64,000 nucleotides of DNA from an uncultured Candidatus Saccharibacteria bacterium (GTDB taxonomy: Bacteria > Patescibacteriota > Minisyncoccia > Phycocordibacterales > UBA1550): contig CAZXOE010000002.1 of the NCBI GenBank assembly GCA_964642305.1, positions 50,300 through 114,299 on the forward strand, written 5' to 3'. The notes beneath the pieces were generated by a model, which saw only the letters and a list, made by a program, of their open reading frames with translations, ran no database searches and had not been told where the DNA came from. Each line of letters begins with the position of its first letter. Position 1 is the first letter of the stretch. Shown in pieces: positions 54,125-62,759 of the stretch. The position numbers and the translations under genes are program-made.

Positions 54125-54318
54125 TTTTACTAGGGACTAAGTAACAACGAAAAGAGTCTTAGTCTCAAATTAGGTCAATGCGTCGCTTCAGAGAAATTAT
54201 CTCGAACGAGCTAAACCCAAAACGAAACTAACCTCCCTGCCCGCCACTGCCTGTCGCTCCTGAATTAGCAAATTCACGTCTTGGACGCAAATGAGCAGTT
54301 AGGCGATGGCAGGCGGGA

Positions 54319-54357
54319 ATTCAGAAAAAGACCCCTTTCTCTTACGAGAAAGGGGTC
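54319..54357 (+). terminator. intrinsic terminator
   Basis: gacccctttctc-ttac-gagaaaggggtc with flanking A and T runs. Confidence 0.6.
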
Positions 54358-54375
54358 TTTTTCGTGCTCAAATCC

Positions 54376-54411
54376 CCAAGCTCCCCAAGGCCCGGCCTAT
54401 GTACATAGGCC
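54376..54411. repeat. 36-bp perfect palindrome CCAAGGCCCGGCCTATGTACATAGGCCGGGCCTTGG (REP-like, left of RAYT #2)
   Basis: Read directly; identical to 55109-55144. Confidence 0.85.
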
Positions 54412-54434
54412 GGGCCTTGGTATATAATACAAGC

Positions 54435-55088
54435 ATGAGGAAGCTCAATTTTTCTATTCATGAATACTACCATCTCTACAGTCGTGGTACCGACAAACGT
54501 ATTATATTTAGCGATGAAGAAGACAAGCAAAGATTTTTACATCTCTTGTATCTCTGTAATACTGACAGCAGTCTAATATTTAGAGAGATACCCATAGGCC
54601 GGGCCTATGAAGAGAGAAAAGGAGATACTTTGGTTAATATTGGAGCATATTGCATGATGCCAAATCACTTCCACCTACTTGTTAGAGAGAAGAAGGATGG
54701 TGGAATCACGAAATTTATGGGTAAATTACTAACATCGTATTCAATGTACTTTAACAAGAAATATAAGCGTACTGGGACTTTGTTTGAGAGTAGATTTAAG
54801 GCAAAGCATGCTAATGATGATAAATACTTGAAGTATTTATTTGCTTATATTCATCTAAACCCAGTTAAGATTATTGATCCAAAATGGAAGGAAAATGGGA
54901 TTAAGGATCGAGATAGTGCTGAGGAATATCTAGAAAGTTATCAATATTCGAGTTACGCGGATTACGTAGGCGACCATCGTAAGGAGAGCAACATCCTTAA
55001 TAAGCGAGTGTTTCCAGAGTATTTTTCAAAGCAGCAGGAATTTAAAGAATTCATAAAAGAGTGGCTATCCTATGGCAATATAGTGTAG
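54435..55088 (+). CDS. IS200-like Y1 (HUH) transposase / REP-associated tyrosine transposase (RAYT)
   Basis: HUH motif MPNHFHLLV and a Tyr region YIHLNPVK. The TATATAATACAAGC promoter is fused to the ATG. The ORF track's upstream extension is discounted. Confidence 0.7.
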   Translation: MRKLNFSIHEYYHLYSRGTDKRIIFSDEEDKQRFLHLLYLCNTDSSLIFREIPIGRAYEERKGDTLVNIGAYCMMPNHFHLLVREKKDGGITKFMGKLLTSYSMYFNKKYKRTGTLFESRFKAKHANDDKYLKYLFAYIHLNPVKIIDPKWKENGIKDRDSAEEYLESYQYSSYADYVGDHRKESNILNKRVFPEYFSKQQEFKEFIKEWLSYGNIV

Positions 55089-55108
55089 CCCCGAGGACTA
55101 CCAAACCA

Positions 55109-55144
55109 CCAAGGCCCGGCCTATGTACATAGGCCGGGCCTTGG
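55109..55144. repeat. 36-bp perfect palindrome, identical second copy (right of RAYT #2)
   Basis: Read directly. Confidence 0.85.
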
Positions 55145-55209
55145 TGGTAAAGTTATCCACAATAAAGTTAGGTGTTTCGGGGGTGGATTGGTAGAATTAG
55201 AGGAATTAT

Positions 55210-55851
55210 ATGAACGAAAATATAAAAGCGAAGATGATGAATGTATGGAGGATTTTTTGGAAAGTGGTAGCGGGTATTATTGCCATATTTGTCATCGTAA
55301 CCTTATTGCGTGTTCTGTATGTTTCAAAAAATACACCAGAGCAGGTAGCGAAAATTCATGCGACGAAACTCACTATGGATGATGTGATGGGGGTGAATTT
55401 ACCGCCTGACCCGGGTGTGGAAGCCGATAAAACTGTTGAAGGGATTGATGCCAATAAAAATGGCATCCGCGACGATGTAGAGCTCGCAATTTTCAAAGAG
55501 TACCCGAATTCGGCAAAAACTAGAGCTGTGCTATTGCAGTATGCGCTGGCGTTGCAGATGGAGGCAACACAACCATTCCCGAATAAAGAAACTGTTACTG
55601 AGGTGGTTAGAGAGCAAAGCAGATCAGGTTCATGTGTTGGCGACATACTTGTACCAAGAGAAAGTCCTGAATTTTCGAGAAGCTATTCTGATGTGGAAAA
55701 GATTTATATGTATATTAATTTTATTAAAGATAAACAACTTAATACTAACGAAAGGAAACAAGCAAGAAAGGATTTTGTTAGATATGTAGGAAGCTATAGT
55801 GAGTCAGAAAATGAGGTTTGTGATATTGATATTTCAGCGCTTCAAAACTAG
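55210..55851 (+). CDS. membrane-anchored hypothetical protein
   Basis: 213-aa ORF with an N-terminal TM. Confidence 0.4.
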   Translation: MNENIKAKMMNVWRIFWKVVAGIIAIFVIVTLLRVLYVSKNTPEQVAKIHATKLTMDDVMGVNLPPDPGVEADKTVEGIDANKNGIRDDVELAIFKEYPNSAKTRAVLLQYALALQMEATQPFPNKETVTEVVREQSRSGSCVGDILVPRESPEFSRSYSDVEKIYMYINFIKDKQLNTNERKQARKDFVRYVGSYSESENEVCDIDISALQN

Positions 55852-55857
55852 GATTTT

Positions 55858-58800
55858 ATGAGTTATTTTTTATTAAAATTTAAAGTAATCATAACGGTTA
55901 TTCTACTCTCGTTATTTTCATTTCCAGTTTTTGCTCAAACTGGAGACAAGATCTGTTCGTCAAATGGGTATACTGTAGCCACTGTTAATGGAGTGCTTAC
56001 AGATGAAGACGAAGCTATTTTTAATAGAGACAGTCTAGAACTTCTTTTACCTATTGCATACCACGGGGAAAAACTAACCATAGAGTACCTCTTCAACCCA
56101 ATCCACTCTGGTGGATTTGGAGACCTTATGAATTCTGTAGCGCAAAAAGCGTTTGAGAATGAAGTCGTTGCAGACTACGACCTCATTGAAATGCTAAAAG
56201 ACGCAAGCCAGAAAGTTAAAACTCAAAAGTTACTTCTCGTTGCCCATTCTCAGGGCAATTTTTATGCAAATAGTTTTTATGATGTAGTCACAACACAAGC
56301 AGGTGGGGTTCCTGCCCAGTCTATAGGCGTCTATTCAGTTGCAACACCTGCCAGTCGCGTAGCCGGCAACGGGAAATGGCTTACCTCTGATACCGATAAG
56401 GTCATTGCTGGAGTTGTTGGTAATTTGCCTTTCAGAAAAATAAAGGCACCAAACACACATATTGAGTTGCAGTCTGGCGATGATTTTTCGGGGCACGGCT
56501 TTAGTGAAATATATTTAAAATATCGTTCAAATGAAATTGTTAAGGATATAACTTTCTCTCTAGGCGGTCTTTCAGAAAATAGTATGCAGGATACTGGAGC
56601 GCCATGCATTTCACCTCCAGAAATTAGTCTTGCGCACAAGCAACAAGGTTTAGTGTACGCAATTACTGACCCAGTTTTGAACCCACTTGGAGCTGGTACG
56701 CTATGGACACTTGGAAAAGGGGTGAGCGCTTCTATTTATGTAGCCAACACAAGTATTGCTATCGCCGTTGGCACTTATCATATTGCAGTAAATACTGCCA
56801 TCTGGACATATAACACAGCGGTAGCCACCGGAAAAGCTGTTGGTAGTGGCGTGGTTTCAGTTTCCTCTTCTGTGTACAATGCTATTGTCTCGGCATTTTC
56901 CAGTGGAAGTTTTGCAAGCAATAACAGCGCTGGGCCAATCTTTGCAGTAGAATCCCAATTACAAAACACACAGACTCAACCAGCGGTAAGTGTTGTGGAT
57001 AAAATAACTCCCGCAACAGTAACACTAAAGTTATCAAATGCTCAGCCATCAGTTGAAGCACCGCAATCGCCTCAAGCTAATCAAACTGCCCTCGTATTTG
57101 AGCCGAAGGTGCAAGAGGGGACGAATGCGCCAAAGCTTGTGTTTGTTGGGTCGTTTTCCACAGGTGGGGGCTCGCCAACACAGCAAACACAGCAAATCCT
57201 TGGCACACAAACAACAGCGCCAGTAGAGGAGGTGGTTGTGGTAGTAGATGAAACAGTTGCGAATGAGGGCGCGGCCTTGGCCGCGCCCTCATTATCCGCA
57301 CCCCAGTGCTTGCAAACACTCGCCGTCGACGGATGCCTCCTCGCTACGACAACGGTGCGTTTTGAGTGGCCAGAAGTTGCCGACGCAGACCATTATTTAG
57401 TCAACAAAAATGGCTCATACGCCACAACGACAGAAACAGCACATGATATTGAATTAAAGGATTTTTCGAATTACATAATGGAAGTTGTGGCGATTGGCGC
57501 CGACGGGCAGGCGAGTGCTACAAGCACGCAGGCAGTTTCCGTGGCGACAATCCCGATCGCTATTAACGAAATAGCGTGGATGGGGACGGTTGCATCGGCA
57601 AATGACGAATGGTTTGAAATAAAAAATAACACAAATCATACAATTGACCTCACTCAGTGGGAGCTAAATGCTAAAGACGGCGCGCCACATGTGGTGCTCA
57701 CAGGTACAATCGCTCCACGCACGTACATTATTTTTGAACGAAAAGATGACACGGTAGTCGCTGATATTGAAGCCCACGCAACAACCACTGGTGCATTAAA
57801 TAATGGAGGTGACCAGCTAACACTAATGCGTAATTCAGTTATTTTTGATCAAACCCCAGAGGGGTCGTGGGCGGAAGGATTCAATAGTACATCAAGCAGG
57901 AAAACAATGGAGCGTTATTCCTCGCGAGAGCCAGGCACTGACCCAGAAAACTGGGGGACCAACCTCGGCTACATTAAAAATGGAATTGATGCTGAAGGAA
58001 ACGCGATTGACGGCACTCCTGGAGAGCAAAATTCAGTAAGCACCCTTATAAACAAAGGGGAGGATATCACGAGTGATTTCACGCTTAATGCAGACGAGGA
58101 GCGATATGTTGTGCCTGAGGATGATGTTTTGGTGTCCGCGTCTGCAGCTCTAACGGTTGCGCCTGGAGTCGAAATTAATTTTTACAATAATGGGAGACTG
58201 CTTATTAACGGCATCCTTGACACGCAAGGAACTCCAGAAAACCCCGTGATATTCAGGTCATTTGACGATTCAGCTTCAGGGGCGATTGTTTTTTGGAATA
58301 CAACTGGCACATCAACAATTGATTATGCTCGTATCGAAAGTACTAGGGGTTTAATAGCGCGCGGAGCAAGCACGACAGTTGAGATTTCCAATACAGAATT
58401 TTCTGGGAATGCCACTGCTATTGAATTATATAATGGGGCACATGCGTCACTCGCGTCATCAACGATAAAGGATACATTTGAGTATGACGCAATCGGAGTA
58501 TATTACAGCACGATGACTATCGTATCCTCAACAATATCAAACACTATTGAAGGAGATGCAATAGGAGCGTATTACAGTAACGTTACAATCGCATCTTCAA
58601 CAATATCAGATACGCTTGATGGTGACGCCATCGGAGTTTATTACAGCACGATGAATATTGCGTCAACGACGATTGACGGCACCCCAGACAGAAATGGTAT
58701 CTTTTCGTACAAGTCCGTGCTGGATATTGAAAATTCTACAATACGCAACACGGAAGACGATGCAATTATTCTTTCAAATAGCACATCAACAATAAAAAAC

Positions 58801-59325
58801 TCTACGATAGAGGGTGGCACTATTAACGAATGGGGGAGTGGAGTGAGTATTTATAAGGGTACAGCAATAATCGCAAGCACGACAATCTCAGATATTACAG
58901 GATGGGCTGGTATCTCCGTGGATGAGGCGACACTGTCAATTTCTAGTTCAACAATAAAAAATGTAGAGGGTTATGGACTATATGCCTATAATGCAACATC
59001 GACAATATCAAACGTGGTGGTAGAAAATGGCGGGATTAGCGGTGTTGAAATTAATCAAGGAACAGCAACTATTACTAATACGAGCGTTTCAGGATTTACT
59101 GAAGGAGCTGGTGTCTCTGTTTCATTGAACCGCGAAGGAAACTGGCAAAAAATGGAGGCTGTGCCAGGAGTTGTTGCTAGTATCTCTAATTCAGAGATTA
59201 CGGGGAATGCAATAGGAGTCGAGATGGAAGTCGGTTCTGCAATAATAGCACCCGATGTTTTTGTGCAAGAAAATACAAAAAATATTGTCGTTTGTTCGCT
59301 AGTAGGTGAATGTCTTGAGCAATAG
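55858..59325 (+). CDS. secreted protein: alpha/beta-hydrolase (GHSQG serine-hydrolase motif) + lamin-tail domain + parallel beta-helix repeats
   Basis: Signal peptide. LLVAHSQGNFY nucleophile elbow. LTD-like INEIAWMGT..NDEWFEIKN. C-terminal repeated ~22-aa beta-helix turns (..SSTI.NT.EGDAIGVYYS..). Confidence 0.6.
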   Translation: MSYFLLKFKVIITVILLSLFSFPVFAQTGDKICSSNGYTVATVNGVLTDEDEAIFNRDSLELLLPIAYHGEKLTIEYLFNPIHSGGFGDLMNSVAQKAFENEVVADYDLIEMLKDASQKVKTQKLLLVAHSQGNFYANSFYDVVTTQAGGVPAQSIGVYSVATPASRVAGNGKWLTSDTDKVIAGVVGNLPFRKIKAPNTHIELQSGDDFSGHGFSEIYLKYRSNEIVKDITFSLGGLSENSMQDTGAPCISPPEISLAHKQQGLVYAITDPVLNPLGAGTLWTLGKGVSASIYVANTSIAIAVGTYHIAVNTAIWTYNTAVATGKAVGSGVVSVSSSVYNAIVSAFSSGSFASNNSAGPIFAVESQLQNTQTQPAVSVVDKITPATVTLKLSNAQPSVEAPQSPQANQTALVFEPKVQEGTNAPKLVFVGSFSTGGGSPTQQTQQILGTQTTAPVEEVVVVVDETVANEGAALAAPSLSAPQCLQTLAVDGCLLATTTVRFEWPEVADADHYLVNKNGSYATTTETAHDIELKDFSNYIMEVVAIGADGQASATSTQAVSVATIPIAINEIAWMGTVASANDEWFEIKNNTNHTIDLTQWELNAKDGAPHVVLTGTIAPRTYIIFERKDDTVVADIEAHATTTGALNNGGDQLTLMRNSVIFDQTPEGSWAEGFNSTSSRKTMERYSSREPGTDPENWGTNLGYIKNGIDAEGNAIDGTPGEQNSVSTLINKGEDITSDFTLNADEERYVVPEDDVLVSASAALTVAPGVEINFYNNGRLLINGILDTQGTPENPVIFRSFDDSASGAIVFWNTTGTSTIDYARIESTRGLIARGASTTVEISNTEFSGNATAIELYNGAHASLASSTIKDTFEYDAIGVYYSTMTIVSSTISNTIEGDAIGAYYSNVTIASSTISDTLDGDAIGVYYSTMNIASTTIDGTPDRNGIFSYKSVLDIENSTIRNTEDDAIILSNSTSTIKNSTIEGGTINEWGSGVSIYKGTAIIASTTISDITGWAGISVDEATLSISSSTIKNVEGYGLYAYNATSTISNVVVENGGISGVEINQGTATITNTSVSGFTEGAGVSVSLNREGNWQKMEAVPGVVASISNSEITGNAIGVEMEVGSAIIAPDVFVQENTKNIVVCSLVGECLEQ

Positions 59326-59326
59326 T

Positions 59327-59370
59327 CCCCATAGGTCCGACCTCTGTCTACAGAGGTCGGACCTATGGGG
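59327..59370. repeat. 44-bp perfect palindrome (CCCCATAGGTCCGACCTCTGT|AGACAGAGGTCGGACCTATGGGG), REP-like / terminator
   Basis: Read directly. The half-site is related to CATAGGCCGGGCC of the RAYT palindromes. Confidence 0.7.
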
Positions 59371-59477
59371 AGACCCGTGGGGAAAAGTTATCCACAATTA
59401 GGATAAGGACGAGCTAGGGGATTGGATGTGCGGTTGGTATAATACAAGTAATATTAGCAAAATAATTTTGGATATTT

Positions 59478-59984
59478 ATGGGAAATTTAATTACTAAAAA
59501 AACATTGAGCTGGGCTGTTGTAATTGTTGTAGCTGGGTGGTTAATTGTGTCTGCGTTCAGTAAACCCGCTGACAAAGAAACGGGGTACACTGCAACCCAA
59601 ACTGCGACTTCAAGTAAGACCGTGGCTACGACTACGACGACCGCTACTGCTCCAAAAAAGACCACTACACCCGTTGCTAGTCAGCCTGTAACAATGAGTT
59701 ACCAGAAGGCGCTTGAAAACTACAAAGATAATCTTCGTATTCAACTTAGCGGTACTAGTTTTTGTCAGGCGTCACCAAATAATGTGATGTACAAAAGTGG
59801 CACGAGTATTATGATTGATAACCGATCAGCTCAAACCAGAAATATAAAAATCGGAAGCGCGTCGTACACTATTGAAGGGTACGGCTTCAAGATAGTTAAA
59901 CTCTCAAGCGCTACATTGCCAACAACGCTATTAATGGATTGTGGGACACAGCAAAACATAGCAAAGATTTTACTTCAGAAATAG
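59478..59984 (+). CDS. membrane-anchored Thr-rich hypothetical protein
   Basis: 168-aa ORF with an N-terminal TM. Confidence 0.4.
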   Translation: MGNLITKKTLSWAVVIVVAGWLIVSAFSKPADKETGYTATQTATSSKTVATTTTTATAPKKTTTPVASQPVTMSYQKALENYKDNLRIQLSGTSFCQASPNNVMYKSGTSIMIDNRSAQTRNIKIGSASYTIEGYGFKIVKLSSATLPTTLLMDCGTQQNIAKILLQK

Positions 59985-60021
59985 CCTCAGAAAGAGTCTC
60001 AGAAACACCCGAAAAAACAAA

Positions 60022-60070
60022 ATAAAAAGGACCGCCCTTTTTGAATTCTTAAGGGCGGTCCTTTTTATTT
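60022..60070. terminator. intrinsic terminator
   Basis: aaaggaccgccc-tttttgaattctt-aagggcggtccttt plus TTTTT. Confidence 0.6.
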
Positions 60071-60169
60071 TGTTGCTTTTGGCTGTTTCTGAGCGATTTA
60101 CATAGGGTAATACTATGTAAATCAGTAAGGCCTTGCTGTTTTTGTTAAAAATGTGGTATAATATATAAA

Positions 60170-60313
60170 TGAACGATGTAGCTAAATCAATAGCAGGTTT
60201 CGTGGCAATTGTACTCGTGGGACTTGCTGGTGTGGCTGTCTCAAATGTAATGAAATTGGGGGACATGAACGCCCTCGTCCTAACGGTTGACAATGTTATA
60301 AACACACGCTAGT
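60170..60313 (+). CDS. possible 47-aa small hydrophobic protein, leaderless
   Basis: TGGTATAAT lies 8 nt before the ATG. Reads MNDVAKSIAGFVAIVLVGLAGVAVSNVM... Confidence 0.25.
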
Positions 60314-60526
60314 ATAGCCCTGAAGCCCGAAGAAGTAGGCTGTTTCAGAGAAATGGAACATAGGACCTGCGGAGGTCGACTCATAGCCTGAAAAGGCTTG
60401 GCTTTGCGACTTAAACAATATGTTTGAGTCGCCGTTTCTTTAAAAAGTGGCGAGCAACCTACTGCTCACAACGGAACACCTTGGTGTTTTGTTGTCAGTC
60501 GTAAGTTGTCAGTCGTAAGTTACATT
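60314..60526 (+). promoter_or_regulatory. long structured 5' UTR of rplJ (candidate L10 leader autoregulatory element)
   Basis: ~210-nt GC-enriched untranslated region ending in a 14-bp tandem direct repeat TTGTCAGTCGTAAG x2 just before the start. Confidence 0.4.
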
Positions 60527-61141
60527 ATGGCAATTACAAAACAAAAGAAAGTAGAACTCGTCGCAACAATGAAGGATCGTCTTGCTGATGCAAAGTCAAT
60601 CGTCTTTGTAAACTTCAAAGCACTTTCAGCAGCTGATACAAAAACGCTTCGTAGGAAGCTCTCAGCAGACAATGTTGGATACTTTGTAACAAAGAAGACT
60701 CTAGCAAAGCGTGTACTCGGCGACCTCAAAGCGAAAGGCGAGATGCCCGAGCTTCCAGGGGAACTTGCGATAGCATACGGAGAGGATCTCCTTGCTCCAG
60801 CACGCGAGACATATGCATTCCAGACGACTTCACGCGACAAGGGTTCAATCTCAATTATGGGAGGAATCTTTGACGGAGAGTACAAAACAAAGGAGGAAAT
60901 GATGGCAATTGCTATGATTCCACCGCTACAGGTACTCCGTGGAATGTTCGTAAACATCATCAATTCACCAATTCAGCGTTTCGCTATTGCGATGGGAGAA
61001 ATCGCCAATTCTAAAGGCGTGGCACCGGTAGTAAAAGTAGCAGAGGTGGTGCCAGCCCCAGTAGCAGAAGTAGCCGAGGTGGCCACTGAGGCGCCCGCAG
61101 AGGTAGCAGCAGAAGAGGTAAAGGAGGAAGCAAGTGCTTAA
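60527..61141 (+). CDS. rplJ: 50S ribosomal protein L10
   Basis: Canonical L10 N-terminus ([11 protein letters not shown]....S.VF..F.....) with an acidic/Ala-Val-rich C-terminal tail. Confidence 0.85.
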   Translation: MAITKQKKVELVATMKDRLADAKSIVFVNFKALSAADTKTLRRKLSADNVGYFVTKKTLAKRVLGDLKAKGEMPELPGELAIAYGEDLLAPARETYAFQTTSRDKGSISIMGGIFDGEYKTKEEMMAIAMIPPLQVLRGMFVNIINSPIQRFAIAMGEIANSKGVAPVVKVAEVVPAPVAEVAEVATEAPAEVAAEEVKEEASA

Positions 61142-61164
61142 TTAATTTTTTAATCAATATTACT

Positions 61165-61554
61165 ATGACAGAAAACAAAGATGTGGTAGTTCCTGCAAAG
61201 TTCAAGGACTTGGTAGAAAAGATCGAGACAATGACTGTTCTCGATCTTCACGAGCTTGTAAAGGTGCTCGAGGAGAAGTTCGGTGTTTCAGCAACTGCAG
61301 CAGCAGCCGCTCCAGCAGCAGCAGCCGCAGGCGCAGAGGAGAAGGATTCATTCAACGTAGAACTTTCAGCTTCAGGCGACACAAAAATCGCCGTTATCAA
61401 GGTTGTAAAGGAAGTTCTTGCTCTTGGTTTGAAGGAGGCAAAGGACCTTGTAGACGCAGCGCCTTCAATGCTAAAGGAAGGCATGAAGAAGGCAGACGCA
61501 GACGAGTTCAAGAAGAAATTGGAGGAAGCAGGCGCAAAGGTAACTTTGAAGTAA
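61165..61554 (+). CDS. rplL: 50S ribosomal protein L7/L12
   Basis: Ala-rich hinge and a C-terminal ...[22 protein letters not shown]... Confidence 0.9.
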   Translation: MTENKDVVVPAKFKDLVEKIETMTVLDLHELVKVLEEKFGVSATAAAAAPAAAAAGAEEKDSFNVELSASGDTKIAVIKVVKEVLALGLKEAKDLVDAAPSMLKEGMKKADADEFKKKLEEAGAKVTLK

Positions 61555-61558
61555 TCGC

Positions 61559-61620
61559 ATTGCACTCCAAAAGAAAAACCCAAGGAAACTCCTTGGGTTT
61601 TTCTTTTGGAGTGCAATATT
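61559..61620 (+). terminator. strong intrinsic terminator after rplL (26-bp stem)
   Basis: ttgcactccaaaagaaaaacccaagga-aa-ctccttgggtttttcttttggagtgcaa. Confidence 0.7.
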
Positions 61621-61883
61621 CAAAGTTACCTTTGCGCCTGCGGCGAGTGGTGTCAGGAGAACACCTGTTCTCCTGTGGAGGAGAGCAGTGAGCTTGTACT
61701 CAAGCGAGCGTTGAGAGAGTGGGTGAGAAGCGAGCGTGCGGAGCTTCGCAAGGCCGGACTGAGCGAAGGCGAAGGAGGCGGGGTAGCGCAATTCGCCAGC
61801 AGGCGAATATGTGTGACCTCAAGGAGGAGTACTCTCCGACGGCTGGTGCAAAGGTTACTCTCAAGTAACCCGCAGTAAATGCT
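61621..61883 (+). ncRNA. candidate structured non-coding RNA (class unassigned)
   Basis: GC- and purine-rich island with no protein-like ORF. 5' AGUUACCUUUGCGCCUGCGGCGAG pairs with 3' CUCCGACGGCUGGUGCAAAGGUUAC. Several internal hairpins. Bracketed by two terminators. Confidence 0.35.
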
Positions 61884-61928
61884 AAAAAAAAGGGGTGTGG
61901 CCTTACGGCCACACCCCTTTTTTTTCCT
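61884..61928 (+). terminator. intrinsic terminator
   Basis: AAAAAAAA-aggggtgtggcc-ttac-ggccacacccct-TTTTTTTT. Confidence 0.75.
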
Positions 61929-61958
61929 TTGTATCTATAAAATGTTATACTACCCCTC

Positions 61959-62597
61959 ATGGACACTCTCGGAAAATTATTTGGAAGCCAGGCGCGTGTA
62001 AAGATTTTGCGCTTGTTTCTACTAAACTCACAGGATGCATACGATGTGCCAATGGTTGCGGAAAAGAGCAAAGTTTCAGTGGCAGAGGCGAGGCGCGAAC
62101 TCACACTACTCAAGGCTGCTGGGGTAATATCCAATAAGTCTTTCACAAAAGAAATATTTTCAAAAAAGAAAGATGCAAAACCGAAGAAAAAAAGAGTTCA
62201 AGGTTTTCAGCTTAAAACAACCTTCCCGCTACTGGCATCTCTTAAAGGTTTGATTGTTTCTGAGACCCCTCTGAACAGAGATGAAATAGCAAGGCGATTT
62301 AAAGGCGTTGGAAAAATCAAATTTCTAGCCATTTCCGGCATTTTTATTGACGAGCCTGAGGCGCGCGTGGACGTGCTAATAGTTGGCGACGACCTCAAAA
62401 AACGCTCTATTGAGAACGTTTTACGCACAATTGAGGCAGAAATAGGTCATGAACTCTCCTACGGAGCCCTAGAAACCTCTGAATTCCTTTACCGCGTGAG
62501 TGTGTACGATAAATTTGTGCGAGATGTGCTTGATGGCCGTCACGATACTGTCATAGACCGAATAGGGGCGGAGGAGGTAAAGCCAGTCATATTGTAG
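61959..62597 (+). CDS. hypothetical protein, N-terminal winged-helix-like
   Basis: RVKILRLFLLNSQDAYDVPMVAEKSKVSVAEARRELTLL is HTH-like. The rest is unassigned. Confidence 0.35.
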   Translation: MDTLGKLFGSQARVKILRLFLLNSQDAYDVPMVAEKSKVSVAEARRELTLLKAAGVISNKSFTKEIFSKKKDAKPKKKRVQGFQLKTTFPLLASLKGLIVSETPLNRDEIARRFKGVGKIKFLAISGIFIDEPEARVDVLIVGDDLKKRSIENVLRTIEAEIGHELSYGALETSEFLYRVSVYDKFVRDVLDGRHDTVIDRIGAEEVKPVIL

Positions 62598-62759
62598 AGT
62601 TATCCACAGCCCCCTTTCTTTCGTTATATCTATAATGGTATAATAAAAGGGTAGGAATCAAGCTACTCTGCTCGCCGGCGCAAACCGCAGGCGCTGTGCA
62701 AGTGGAATTGATGATACGAGATAATTTATTAGTTTTAGTTTTAAAAATATAAAAAAGAT

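Noticed and set aside
54306-54434. N-terminal extension of RAYT #2 (ORF track start 54306)
   Set aside because: The extension runs through a terminator hairpin, the 36-bp palindrome and the TATATAAT promoter. The true start is the ATG at 54435, which mirrors RAYT #1.
55188-55382. 64-aa Cys-rich ORF (55188..55382) overlapping the start of 55210..55851
   Set aside because: It overlaps a longer, TM-containing ORF out of frame. Probably spurious.
61621-61883. Assigning the GC-rich island specifically to RNase P RNA, tmRNA, SRP RNA or 6S RNA
   Set aside because: I looked for P4 (GGAAAGUCCGG / ACAGAACCCGG), CR-II (AGGGUGAAA..GGUAAGAGCGCACC), the SRP domain-IV (GGAAGCAGC), and tmRNA tRNA-like ends and tag ORF. 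I found only weak partial resemblances (for example gggtgagaagcgagcgtgcgg). Class left unassigned.
61606-62146. ORFs 61606..61878 (+) and 61700..62146 (-) as protein-coding genes
   Set aside because: They cross two intrinsic terminators, have a Cys/Arg/Gly-rich improbable composition, and the sequence is better explained as a structured RNA with a long closing helix.
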